NCBI GenBank assembly: GCA_020137815.1
Contig: CM035359.1
Coordinates: forward strand, 1,860,001-1,924,000
Origin: Hormiphora californensis
Lineage: Eukaryota; Animalia; Ctenophora
Direction of reading: 5' to 3'
DNA: 64,000 nt
Shown: positions 1-29,855 of the stretch, in pieces
Numbering within the stretch: position 1 is the stretch's first letter
Layout: every line of letters begins with the position of its first letter
Made by a program: the position numbers and the translations under genes
Notes under the pieces: generated by a model
Database searches by the model: none
What the model was told of the DNA's origin: nothing
Seen by the model: only the letters and a program-made list of their open reading frames with translations

Positions 1-421
1 AAAAAGGGAGGAGGTGGAAGGTGAGAGAGAGAGAGAGAGCTTCTAAAGTTTTTACTGTGTTTTGTCACAATAGAGGGAGAAGGGGGTTAGAGATGAGAGC
101 TGTAACAACTGCGTGCACTATCGATAATGATATTAAAGTTGAATGCATCTCTGTCTCTTAAACTCATATCTGGGGCTTTCTCTGGGGTAGAAGAGTCCAA
201 TCAATTCACATTTTGTTACGTAGAAACAGTTTTGATAGTACAGCGATAGAGGTAACTTGTTTTTTTGTTGGGCTGGAAGGTTCCGGTGGGGTAACTAGGG
301 GGAATTCAAATTTTGGAAAAGTCCCCAATGAATGTTTCGAAGCCTAAGTTCATTTCCTCAAAGATATCCCGTACTCTCCTCTAACACACTTCTTTCCCTC
401 AGGAGCGGTTCTAGATACGTT

Positions 422-1147
422 ATGTTAGATATACTCTCAAAGTTCAAAGGAGTCACACCTTTTAAAGTAAGTCCAGCTGGAGAGAACGGCTGATTTATAT
501 TAAACTGATTTAAATTGTGATGTTTAGAAACATTTATTTGTCTAAGAATTCATTGTCTGAGTTTCTCGAACCAGCTGGTTAGATGAAATCTGACAAAGAG
601 TTCAGCTGCAAGCTTGCATGTGCTATGCCAGAGCATGGAGCATTTTGTTTTACGGCAGCTGACAGATCTAATGCAGTTGATTGAACCCTAAAACAGCCTA
701 GAAGAACAGCATGATACCTATTATACACGTACATCAGTCGGACCCCAATTTACCGGGAGGATAAATTCCCCCAAATGTAGGAAATTGACGGTATTTGACC
801 CCGATATACCGGGCACCCCAATTTACTGGGCAAAGCCCTTTCTCCCGAGCATCCCGGTAAATCGGGGTCCGAATGTATATTACCAGATGTAGATGATGAT
901 ATACTAGATGAAGATCGGATGTATAGTACAGTAGACTAGTAGAGCTCTCTGTCTGCACAGGATTGATTATAACGTTTTAGCATTTAGCTGATCTTTTCAA
1001 AAATGATACACCCAGTATTACTGTAGACCTTCTTATGGAACAGTTAGCTAGCATTGAGAGAGAATTGGATAACGATACAGAGGAAGATAGAGAAAGATAG
1101 AGAGATAGAGAGGAAGATAGAGAGAAAGATAAAGAGAAAGATAGAGA

Positions 1148-1213
<66 letters not shown>

Positions 1214-1334
1214 GAGAGAGAGAGAGAGATAGTCAAAGAGAGTGGGTTAGTATAAAGAGGGATATTAAAGAAACTTTAGTTGGTAAATGAGGGGTGAACC
1301 GATTACGAGCTGTACCCGATTTAGTACTTTCTCC

Positions 1335-1422
<88 letters not shown>

Positions 1423-4047
1423 GAGAGAGAGATCAGGGTGGAGTGAGATAGAAAGAGATATATAGAGAGCTTATAATGCATCATGAATCATCCGAATCTT
1501 CAGCATTGTGCTGCTGTTTATCCTAGTCTTATCCGTACTACGTCAGTGTACGAGTACAAGTAGTAGCTTGTGTAGGGTAGTTTTATGTTGCTATACCGAT
1601 GTTTCAAGACTGCTCTGGTAAGCGTGAAATTTAATAAAAACTAAGTAAATAAATCTATGACAAAGCACACTGATTTGTGTAAAAACCAAAGCAGCTGATC
1701 TCCATGTTCTTTAGAGCTAGTTAATATTAGTGCTGTTACCGGTGTTTTAGCTATACTATATCACAGCCCTTGTCAGAGCTGTAATATTAGCCTGTATACC
1801 AAGCCCACATATATTATACGCCCCTGTGAAGAGCAGCTTCATGCAAGATCTGACATCTGATCTAAGATCTGATATCGCACATTAAGGGTACGCTAACCAA
1901 ATTTTTTTTTCGAGTGCAGGGAAATCTCTCACCGTAGGGTTGTAGGCCATGCCAAGGAGACCTCAAATATGCAATTTGAGCTCTCAAGTCGAATTCATAT
2001 TTTTGCTACAGCTGCTTGAAAAATGAACTGAAAATACGTTTTTGGCGTCTCAAAAAAATTTTTTTAAAGATAGGAGCATGAAAATTTGGGGATTTGAAGA
2101 GAACATGAAGGTGAGTAGCCACAAAAATTTTTTTGCAATCCGAGCTGATTTCCGGTCATGAGATGGATTTCTTTTTTTCCACTTTAACGCCCTATTTGGC
2201 AAAGTTCCGAAAACATGTGAAAGCTGTAAATTGGTGAAAAGTTGCGTCTAAAGATTATCTAAGTGGCCATAAATTTTGGGCGTGTCCTTATTTGAGATAA
2301 GCTGTACAGAGTTTTTTTTGTGAAAGCCGTCATTTCAGAAATAAATAAATTCCCTGTATCTCAAAAACGGCTGATCGTAGAGACCTGAGACTATGCTTAA
2401 ACGATTCAGAAGGTCCGATTTTGGGGGGGTCTTCTGAGAGACATTTTGCTCCTACTTCAACCGTTTTTGCTGTAATTGCGAAAAACAAATTTTATGAAAA
2501 GGGCAAAAGCTAAACTCCAATATCCTGTAATTAGGGAATTTTAGCTAAGAAAGGACCGAAACTATGGAAAAATGTTTAACGAGCTAATTCCTTCACTATT
2601 TGGTCCATATGGGTCCCTATAATCACCAAAAACAAAATCACAAAAAATCCACGATGGCGAAGATGGGTTTTTGTTTTTCGCAATTACAGCAAAAACGGTT
2701 GAAGTAGGAGCAAAATGTCTCTCAGAAGACCCCCCCAAAATCGGACCTTCTGAATCGTTTAAGCATAGTCTCAGGTCTCTACGATCAGCCGTTTTTGAGA
2801 TACAGGGAATTTATTTATTTCTGAAATGACGGCTTTCACAAAAAAAACTCTGTACAGCTTATCTCAAATAAGGACACGCCCAAAATTTATGGCCACTTAG
2901 ATAATCGTTAGACGCAACTTTTCGCCAATTTACAGCTTTCACATGTTTTCGGAACTTTGCCAAATAGGGCGTTAAAGTGGAAAAAAAGAAATCCATCTCA
3001 GGACCGGAAATCAGCTCGGATTTCAAAAATTTTTTTTGTGGCTACTCACCTTCATGTTCTCTTCAAATCCACAAATTTTTATGATCCTATCTTTACAAAT
3101 GTATTTTTAAAATGCCAAAAACTTATTTTCAGTTCATTTTTCAAGCAGCTGTAGCAAAAATATGAATTCGACTTGAGAGCTCAAATTGCATATTTGAGGT
3201 CTCCTTGGCATGGCCTAAAACCCTACGGTGAGAGATTTCCCTGCACTCGAAAAAAATTTTTGGTTAGCGTACCCTTAACAGCTGAAATATCGAGCTGATA
3301 CAACACATCAGCCCCCTCCAAGATTATATTTGTACAATTATACATTATAAAATTAACCGTGGCTGGTGTATATATTCTCTTCAACCCATTTAAAATATAT
3401 AACTTTGCGAGTTTTATAACTCCCAAACAACTAGCTTTATTCGTGTCTAATGTCACTTTTGTTCCTAGGAGGTACGTAGAGAATGAGAGAGAGATGTGTG
3501 CATGATGCTGCTCTCCCCACATGCTAAATTCCCTCACATGCCGAGAGTATTACATGTCCGCTTTGATATATCACCCACTATATAACTGCACTTTGTGATG
3601 TGACCCACTTCTGTGTTCTGCCCGTGTGATGTGATGTGATCCTCTCCCATTAAAAACACTTTCCGTGTATTCCTTCTCATATTAAGAGCGTGTTCATGTG
3701 TTGGCAACCAATTCCTATAAATGTGTGTGTAGTTCTGCTGTTTGGACAATTGTGCTCTCCCAGCCCTCAATAGTCAATAGTCAATTGATGTTTGACACAG
3801 ATCTGTTCTCGGGTCCTAAAAAACATTTTGAAAATGTCAAACATCAGATGCAGATCATGATATTAGCCCCTTTGTGCCCCATCAATGTGTTGTGTAATCT
3901 CGTGGTGTGAGGGATAGCATGTGAAGCAGCAACAGAGCAGTGTGTGTGTCACGTGATGCCCATATATGGAGTGTGTGAGGCACGTGCCACGCTTCCTCGC
4001 AATCAGCTTTTGCAGAAAAGATAAGTTTTTGTTTTAAATTTCTTTTT

Positions 4048-4085
<38 letters not shown>

Positions 4086-4808
4086 ATGGTGGAATGTGAG
4101 TTAACCTAATATTTCTAACTCTTCCCTTGTCCCTTTTATTATTATTTTCGACCTTTCTGCTCCTCGCATCACCTGCACCCCTTCAACCTCTATACCTCTT
4201 CAATCGGCTGGACTCTCGAAAATAATGAGTATTTTGAGCATCTGAATCATCGTTGAATCTGATTCAATGAATCATCTTTAACAGTAGTATCAAGTGTAGG
4301 TTCCTCTCAGGGGTATCATCCCGCCAATCTGTTCCTACCATTATCTTTGCCGGGACACCTGCCATAACTGTATATCCTTTGCCATCAAGCTCCGTCATAT
4401 CTGGGTTCTGCAGTCCTTTGCCCCATAGCCTAGAGGATATGATATTATTGCTGCAGTGTCATATCTTTAGACTCATTGGATATATGAGATGTATTATATA
4501 ATATGATGTAGGGGATATTGATTTTGTTCTTGTCTGGTTCTTCTTTGAAGTTTTTTGATCCAGATCACAAGCAATATATGTCATTTTCTCCTCTTTGCTC
4601 TTGACGATTTTCTCTCTTTTTCTCTCTCTCTCTTCCCGTGTCTCTCTTTCCCACCTAAAAAGGTCTGATTCCTGGCTTGTGGCAGGGTCTGTCAGCACTG
4701 TTGTGCGGCAAACACGATTAACCAGTCACACTCTAAATCATGGCAAGAGCTACTGATCAACAACTCTCTCTCTTTTTCTCCTTCTCTCTCTCTCTTTCTC
4801 TCTTTCTT

Positions 4809-4857
<49 letters not shown>

Positions 4858-7419
4858 ATCTTTCTCCTTCTCTCTCTCTCTCTTTCGTTATCTCTCTCTT
4901 TCTCTCTCACTTCCTCTTTCTTTACCTCTCTCTCTCACCCTCTCTTTCGTTTTCTCTCTGTTTCTCCCATAGATCATCTTTTCTCAGGATCGTGCTCAGA
5001 AAAATTCTTGTGTTTGTGCACTGTACAAGCATTGATCTTGTTTTCCAATTTTGAGAAGTTTTCCTCGTTCGTTACACCTGTCAGAATTACGTGTCTCTCA
5101 GTCGTATCATGGCGTTGCCAGAATAAAAAAGGTTCTGCTTCCTCGCGTTCTGCAAGTTCTGTCCTGGGCCTCTATCGTGTTTCAGTTGCCGGATCAGCTG
5201 CTGCTTGTATGATCGGCGATGTTTCAATTGGCTCACATCCAGCGTCTTGTAAACCCTCTCCGACTGGTAAGGTGATCCTGAGACTCTCTAATCCAGATCT
5301 ATATAAAACTTCAATTACTGACTATGAACAATGAACGCCCCTCCTGGACTCTGTCTGGATCCTTCAGCCGTTTAGCCTCTCCACATCTAGCACTATTATA
5401 TTCCTTCTTCTCCAAATATGATATTCACCCTGCAAGGAGTATGAGACACACCCTCGACTTCTCTCCAGGGTATAACGATAGACGATGGTTGGGATCAACT
5501 AAACAGGAGTTTCATGTTTGTCCTGCTCGTTGTCATGGGGACCACGGTTACAGTCCGGCAGTACACCGGGTCTGTTATCAGTTGTGATGGGTTCAAAAAG
5601 TTCGGATCAACATTTGCAGAGGTAAGAAGTTATTTATTATTTTTTATTTGTAGATGTAGAAGAAGAAGACGAAGCATTTCTTATGCGATCAACGAAAACC
5701 AACAAAATAACTTACAAGATTCTAAATTTTCTTTCTCTAATTCCTCCCTACCTAGGATTATTGTTGGACGCAGGGTCTTTACACAGTGTTAGAGGGTTAT
5801 GATCAGCCTTATGAAAATGTTCCCTATCCCGGCCTGTTACCAGATGAAGTTCCACCCTGTACACCAGTCAGACTTAAAGGTAGGCTTTCAAGATTGGTTT
5901 CAAGAAATATCAAATAACCCCCTCTAAAGAGCCTCGCAACCTTTGCACGCTGGCAGGGGGGGGGCGGCTTTTGAAGCACATCTCGAGTCTAGATCATGGT
6001 CAATATATCTCACATACTAACTTCCTCCTTTTTTAGATGGAACGCGGTTAAACTGCCCAGAACCAGATATGTTAATGGAACCAACTAGGATATCCCATCT
6101 ATGGTACCAGTGGGTTCCCTTCTATTTCTGGTTGGCTGCAGCCGCCTTTTTCATGCCTTACCTGCTGTATAAAAACTTTGGAATGGGCGATATCAAGCCT
6201 CTTGTAAGGTACATGATTTTAAACATAACAAGAATAGTCGATTACACCCTCATTATGATACACCTAAACTGTGATCGAAACTTCTTCATTTCTGTTATTG
6301 TTTTAACGCCACAAAAAATCCCCAGGTTACTCCACAACCCAGTGGAATCAGACCAAGAACTAAAGAAGATGACAGATAAGGCAGCCACGTGGCTGTTTTA
6401 CAAGTTCGATCTGTACATGTCCGAACAGTCCCTGTTAGCATCCCTGACACGGAAACATGGTCTCGGTCTTGCTATGGTATTCGTCAAGGTTAGAGCTTCC
6501 ACCTTAGCTTCTAGTACCAGCTTGTTTTTTCTGCAGGGGTTTGTTTGTACTCACTGTCCTACGTAAACCCTGTCTAAAGTTGCTGAACTTACTAAACTCT
6601 AGACGATCTATCTATAGAACTACCCGACTCTGTTGTTTAACCCTCTCAGCAATCTACTCTCCAGGTTCTCTTTTGTTAAACCCCTTCCACTCTCCAGGTT
6701 CTCTACGCCGTTGTTTCCTTCGGTTGCTTCATCCTCACTGACGAGATGTTTTCCATCGGTGACTTTAAAACCTACGGCAGCAAGTGGGTGCAGAAGCTGA
6801 AGATCGAGGATACCCTGGCAACGGAGGAGAAGGACAAGCTCTTCCCCAAGATGGTTGCCTGTGAGGTGAAACGATGGGGCGCTTCAGGTATACCACCCAA
6901 TTATATTCTCAATTCTTATTCTTATTTGAATACCCAATATAGTTATCATTCCTGACTTAGAATAGGACCCATTTTTCGTAATTTTGAATCCAAGCAGCAG
7001 TAGCTAAATCTAAATTCATAAGTTTTTGTAACAATGTAAATATCTAACCACATCCCTCTCCAGGCATCGAGGAGGAACAGGGCATGTGTGTCCTAGCCCC
7101 CAATGTCATCAACCAGTACCTCTTTCTAATCCTCTGGTTCTGCCTGGTGTTTGTCATGTTCTGTAACATCATCTCCATCTTTGCCTCCCTGATAAAACTC
7201 CTCTTCACCTACGGATCCTACCGTCGTCTCCTCTCCACGGCATTCCTCCGTGACGACAGTGCCATAAAACATATGTACTTTAATGTTGGGAGTTCGGGGA
7301 GGTTAATACTCCATGTCCTTGCCAATAACACAGCCCCGAGAGTCTTTGAGGATATCCTCCTGACCCTTGCCCCCAAGTTGATTCAGAGAAAGCTTAGAGG
7401 TAATGGGAAGGCTGTGTAG
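422..7419 (+). CDS. inx: Innexin (gap-junction/hemichannel subunit), 400 aa, 7 coding exons: 422-466, 5469-5621, 5756-5879, 6037-6208, 6326-6488, 6698-6887, 7064-7419
   Basis: All introns are GT-AG and the phases join into 1203 nt. Protein starts MLDILSKFKGVTPFK-GITIDDGWDQLNR and contains VISCDGF, EDYCWTQG, WYQWVPF (the innexin YQWV signature), LFPKMVACEV and MCVLAPNVINQY. It closely resembles ctenophore innexins from memory; paralogue identity not assigned. Confidence 0.95.
736..876. mobile_element. Short Tc1/mariner-like MITE (CAGTCGGACCCC family), degenerate
   Basis: Starts CAGTCGGACCCCAATTTACC and ends GGTAAATCGGGGTCCGAATG-TA. A related degenerate copy lies at ~9137-9270. Confidence 0.6.
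1085..1470. repeat. (GA)n microsatellite tracts
   Basis: Direct inspection. Similar tracts occur at 4764-4960, 12988-13070, 26779-26970, 34540-34625, 34810-34903, 43900-44065, 51325-51455, 51930-52165 and 54548-54880. Confidence 0.95.
1886..3274. mobile_element. Non-autonomous foldback DNA transposon with ~600-bp TIRs and TTAA target duplication (Kolobok-like), in innexin intron 1
   Basis: TTAA(1882-1885)-GGGTACGCTAACC...GGTTAGCGTACCC-TTAA(3275-3278). Arms ~1886-2489 and ~2670-3274 are near-perfect reverse complements around a ~180-bp spacer. A TTAA TSD with 5'-RR termini fits Kolobok rather than piggyBac (CCC start). Confidence 0.8.
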
Positions 7420-8787
7420 TTGTGGGAGCTATGCACGTGTATTAAAGTTGCACGTGTGTTGAAATATTTGAGTTTCGTTTTGGCACGCGAGTTAAAAGCA
7501 GGGCTACGCATGAAAATCAAGGTGTTACCATGGTAACTTGGGTGTGTGGGTAAATCTTTGTTAGAGTGAAAGCAAGAAAGAAGTGAGCGCCCGTTCTGTA
7601 ATCTCTCCATAGTCTCCGATCTTGAAAGCGAAAATATCTGAACACGATTGGGTAAAACTCTGTAGCAGTCCGATTATATAACAATCTAAGATCTGGCATC
7701 TTTTAACAGCAGGAAATGTCAAAAAAGAGTTTGCATGTTTTACTTGTATTTAATGCATATTTGTATAAACACATCTTTACATTAATACATATTGCTATCA
7801 TAAGTCAGTGTGGGTTTTTGAATGAGCACAGCGAGAGAAAGAAGTGTGTTTTTGCATGATTCTCGAGTGGAAACTGCCAAAAAACTGACCTAATATCGCA
7901 CTGCACAACAATTTAAACATGTTAAATCCCTCAGAATGTCAGTGAGCTATAGCTATGATCCAGTGAAAAACATACCTACAACATATCCCAAGAGTGTCAT
8001 GCGTGTGTGAGAGAATTGCTGGCGATGTGAGAAAGACGATATTGTTTAGGATATAATAATGATTGCAGTCAATGAGAGAGAAAGAGATATAATTTCCGTG
8101 TTCGAGTTTGTTGTTGTGAATTAAAAAACTGTGTTTGTTTGTCAGTTTCAAAAGTCTGTGTGCTGTTTTTGTTTTTGAGTATGAAAGTCTGATCTAGTCA
8201 CTGATGCAGGGTGTTAAAAACATGGGATAAAACACTTAGTTGAAAGTTCTTTTAAATGCGGTATGTCGCCCGAAATGCCAGACTCAAGGGATGATATGGC
8301 ACGCTGAAAAAAGAGGGCGATATGAAGGCCTCCAGGTCGCTCTGGGGGTAGTTTTTTATCTTTTTGACACAACATTTTCACGTGTAAGAACATAAGCAGT
8401 TTAGGGTCAGTTTGCACGTGCAAATGTAGATGCACGTGCAAATTTAGCTGCACGTGCAAATACAGCAGCCTGTTTATAACCTACTGGGTTACAAATGCAG
8501 CAGCATAAACCGTGGATTAATTGGGTATAATTATTGAGTTTTATTTAGAGCAAATCTTGAGAAACGGACTGATATATTTGTTTATTTGTGAGAAAAATGA
8601 TCGTTTTCATGTTATTACTTGTTGATGAAGAAGACCTGTAAAGTTATTAATCTGTAAAAAGTATTAAGATCTGTAAAAGTTAAAGAGGACATTTTATTTG
8701 ACGGTTATTTAATAGGTATAAAACTCATGTGCACTTCAAAAGTTTGGAGTGTATTGTCTAGTTTGTTCCCGACCCTCCTCGCAACCC

Positions 8788-8892
8788 TAGTTAACACGCG
8801 AGGTCTGTTAGTTGCAAAAACAGCTCTGTTAGCACAGCCTAGATGTTAACAACTCTGTTTTTGCTAATAAACAGACCTCGCGTGTTTACTAT
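8788..8892. mobile_element. Small hairpin MITE
   Basis: TAGTTAACACGCGAGGTCTGTT...AACAGACCTCGCGTGTTTACTA inverted repeat. The adjacent 8900-8960 segment matches 28757-28830 in reverse orientation. Confidence 0.55.
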
Positions 8893-9764
8893 GGAGCTGC
8901 TGTCAGGCCACTGCTCTGACCACAGTTCTCGCGCGAGAGAAATGAGAATTAAGGGTCAGCTGCCAATGACAGTGGAGCTGAGAGTCTGGTACAAAGTTGG
9001 GAAACGAAACTTGTTAGTTTGTTACCTGTAAGATTAATATTTCTTTATTTATTTGTAAACTAAAACCACGATCCTCTATTAATTTTAACCAGATAAAATA
9101 ATTTTCAAGACATACTTTTCAAGACATATATAATTACAAACGGACCCTGATTTACCGGTACCCCGATTTACCAGGAGGAAAAACTTCACCCGATTAGGAT
9201 ATACCGGGCACGCCGATTTTCTGGGCAAACCCTATCCCCCGAGGATGCCACTAAATCGGGGCCTTTTGTATATGTTACTTATTTCACTTCAAGGTGACAT
9301 GACATTCGCAAATCACAGAAATTAAGGAGTCATAGATCGGTAAATCAAATCAATGTTTTCGTTCCACGATATTATTTCGACGGGGTTGTCTCAGGTCTCT
9401 TCGTGTAGTCTTCTGGGGGGTATTTTTGAATTCCTTGATCCTCTCTCTCGTTAGAAGTAGTCGAACCACCGTGACCACTGTGTTATCGCTCCACTGCTAC
9501 CGGAGGGTGGTGTAGGGATAAACCGGCCATCAACTGGTCGAACTGAGACTCCACTCTTACCTCTGAAATGAAATTCTAGGAGGTTAATGACAATCAAAAC
9601 TATTGATACCAAGCTGCCATATCGTTAATTTCGTGTTTAATATTCAGCCTAAACATTTATACTACTGCAATGTTATGTAATGGACAGGGACTCAATCGTA
9701 TGATGCGGATGCATCTTAAAGCTGAGCAACCATTGAGAATTGAGATATCGCTACTCACATTCGG

Positions 9765-12323
9765 CTATCTCTGAAAGTACCGTCCCACGGTAAAACTCTC
9801 CAGGTCCGTGTTGTTGTTGAGGGGTGCAGAGTTCCTCCACAGCTCATTAAAATGTCGAGGCTGGTTAGGGTCCGGGGGCGCTATCGGTCTCCGCGGACTG
9901 AAACAAGCTTAATTGTAACAATTGATTGGTATTAAGGCACCAAAACGCACAAAAGGGTACATGGCACATGGAACTATAAATTTATAATGACTCGGGATCG
10001 GATAGGAGTCGAAAGCCCGATTTATGACTTGTTGGTCACCATAGTAACCTGCACGGTCCATAACATGCAATTCCTTACCAAGTGTACTGAAATACAGGGC
10101 GCGTGGTGTACACCACATTAGGGTTGTAGACGGCTCTGAGAGTTGGTAACCAGAGGCTGGTGGGCTGGAGCTGGTGGAGTCGTGACGTCATGTGTAAACG
10201 GTATCGGGTTGTTTCTGAAACGGTATCGGGTTGTTTCTGAAAGGGTATCGGGTTGTTTCTGAAACGGTATCGGGTTGTTTCTGAAACGGTATCGGGTTGT
10301 TTCTGAAACGGTATCGGGTTGTTTCTGAAACGGTATCGCGGGTTGTTTCTGAAACGGTATCGGGTTGTTTCTGAAACGGTATCGGGTTGTTTCTGAAACG
10401 GCATCAGGTTGTTTCTGAAACAGTATCAGGTTGTTTCTGAAACGGTATCGGGTTGTTTCTGAAACGGTATCGGGTTGTTTCTGAAACGGTATCGGGTTGT
10501 TTCTGAAATGGTGTCGGGTTGTTTCTGAAACGGTATCGGGTTGTTTCTGAAACGGTATTGGATTGTTTCTGAAAAGGTATCGGGTTGTTTCGGAAACGGT
10601 ATCGGGTTGTTTCTGAAACGGTATCGGGTTGTTTCTGAAACGGTACCGGGTTGTTTCTGAAACGGTATCGGGTTGTTTCTGAAACGGTATTGGATTGTTT
10701 CTGAAAAGGTATCGGGTTGTTTCTAAAACGGTATCGGGTTGTTTCTGAAACGGTATCGGGTTGTTTCTGAAAGGGTACCGGGTTGTTTCTGAAACGGTAT
10801 CGGGTTGTTTCTGAAACGGTATCGGGTTGTTTCTGAAACGGTGTCGGGTTGTTTCTGAAACGGTATCGGGTTGTTTCTGAAACGGTATCGGGTTGTTTCT
10901 GAAACGGTATCGGGTTGTTTCTGAAACGGTATCGGGTTGTTTCTGAAACGGTATCGGGTTGTTTCTGAAACGGTATCGGGTTGTTTCTGAAACGGTATCG
11001 GGTTGTTTCTGAAACGGTATCGGGTTGTTTCTGAAACGGTATCGGGTTGTTTCTGAAACGGTATCGGGTTGTTTCTGAAACGGTATTGGGTTGATTCTGA
11101 AACGGTATCGGGTTGTTTCTGAAACGGTATTCACTTGAAGGGCATCATGTTTTGGCAGGACACCTTCCCATCAGACTGTATCTACACATCAGATCTCGTT
11201 AGCTGTACCTACATTATTTTGTTGAAATCACTGTTTGCTTGTCCTTGTACTGCCTTTGATTCCCTGCTAATACTTCCCTTTTTATCTGTTGTCCTGAAGA
11301 GAGAAGTAGTTTATATATCCGGTTCTGGCTCGGTGTGGTGGCGCTGACCCGGTCTGATTAGCTTAGATCTAAGCGTCGCCAGACAACCCCCTGGCCTCCA
11401 CTTGCCCCACAAGAATGGGCAACAACTTTGGCCTTTGGGGGCTGAAGTTTCCTAACCATGTTAGTTTTTGAAAGTCGACTGCTCCCCGCCCCCAGAACAA
11501 CGTGTTACTAAGATGTGCAACTAACCGTGACTGTGCTGGAATCCACAGACCCGCTGCTGCACTATTGCTCATACTGTTACTACCAAACATAGCTGCTATG
11601 GCAGCAGGTGGCCAGTTACAAATACATAGAACTGAATCTTTGAATTTTATCAACTAACAAGTAGCTGGATATGAGCTTTGGCAACGAGTTTTGGTTTTGA
11701 CATATATTATGTCAGAGGTCAAAAGCAAATTAGCAAAACCAGTGGAGGCAAGACATCACATCAATGATGTATGATGTCATACTCGTGATCAATGCAGGCC
11801 CAAGTTGGCATAAAAATAAGGTCAAAAGGCAAAGCTCTCACGAGAGCGTGTAAGATCGCCAGCAAAGTCCAGCCCCTCGGTGTAATTCGTGTGAATGGTC
11901 ACAAGCAGGTGGAGAGCGGATACTCAGTGTGGTGTTTAAAATCAGCCTCATCCGCATACTATCTTCTTTCCAATATCCCACCACTGACTCTCTATCTTAT
12001 ATCTATCTTTTTTCTCTTTAGTGCATATATCCCTTTAATTCAACCGCACCTCATGGATCATGCGTGCATGTCAACTTTTTATGTGCCACACTGTATCAAC
12101 TCTGAACTTAAATTTTACACATTTCACGGACGTCGAACAGAAGAAAATAACCCAAGTATTTGTACTGATTCTGGTTACGGTTTGGTAGGAAGAAGTAGAA
12201 CTAGAAATGAACGGCCGACTGGCCTGGCAGTTATTTACAATTGCCAGACATATGACTGACATAATGACACTTATAAGACTGACAAACTGAATGACTTACC
12301 GCATCAGCTGCCTTACCTTGCAT
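9765..12323 (-). CDS. Putative small protein (~91 aa), exons 12323-12317, 10214-10079, 9897-9765
   Basis: Phase-compatible GT-AG junctions give MQETTRYRLHMTSRLHQLQPTSLWLPTLRAVYNPNVVYTTRPVFQYTCPRRPIAPPDPNQPRHFNELWRNSAPLNNNTDLESFTVGRYFQR*. The 7-nt first exon is speculative and no homology is recognised. Confidence 0.35.
10197..11129. repeat. 22-bp minisatellite (AAACGGTATCGGGTTGTTTCTG) x ~42
   Basis: Direct inspection; highly homogeneous, with one 2-nt insertion near 10338. Confidence 0.95.
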
Positions 12324-12990
12324 GGTAACACCAACTCTAACCCGCTCCCCATCCCTTTTAGAATCCCATCCCTTTCAGAGAAAGATGAAAAAGAGTTCCT
12401 GCTATAATGACGATATATTAAGTTAGTTCTCAGTCTCACGAGATACAACCCTGTCATGATGGCAAGACATGTTTTACCGAACCAGCTCACAGAGCGTGAT
12501 TTGACAGACGTCAGACAGCCAGTATGTGAATCTTCTTCCGAGCCTCTTCCATGTAAGTACGTGTGGATGGACACTAGATTCACACGCCGTATGATCACGT
12601 GTCTTGGACCACGTGTTAAGTGTAGTGCATGTTGGAGAGTGGGAGAAAGAGAGAGGCGAAAAAGAAAGAGAGGGGGAGAGTGGGAGAGAGTGGGAGAAAG
12701 AGAGAGAGGGAGAGAATGAAGTGGGAGACAGAGAGATAAGTGAGAGTAATACAGATCTATATTGAGCTTTTTATAAAATTTCTTTGCTCCATCGATTTAT
12801 GTCATATTTTACGATCGTCAATGATACCTTGTGAAGGTCATGGATGAAAGCAAAAGACACTTTCTCTTTCTTTCTTCAGGCTATATAATAAATCTCATCC
12901 TTTCATCTCTGACTAGTTCTGCTTGAGTGCTTTGCTTGAGAGCTTGAATGAGAGGTTATACCTCACTAATCGATCTCAAAGTCCTGTATC

Positions 12991-13060
<70 letters not shown>

Positions 13061-13285
13061 ACTCTCTCTCCCCCGTTTCTCCAATACTAATCCTCCCAAT
13101 TCTTTCTAGATCAGGTCCACTGAGTCTCCATGATTGAAGTCGTGATCGTTCTCTCAATCACCCTGCTTGTTGGCTGAGAGAGAAAAGACACTAAATATAC
13201 TGCGTCGATATAAATTGTTTGGAGCGAGATCTGTTGTTTGCTGCCCCTATAATACCTGGTTGTCTTCTTCTGAGCTGTGAGGGAT

Positions 13286-29855
<16,570 letters not shown>

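Noticed and set aside
10118-11134. 338-aa repetitive ORF, or a CRISPR-like array
   Set aside because: It is a head-to-tail 22-bp satellite with no unique spacers and no cas genes, in eukaryotic DNA. The ORF is a by-product of a stop-free unit.
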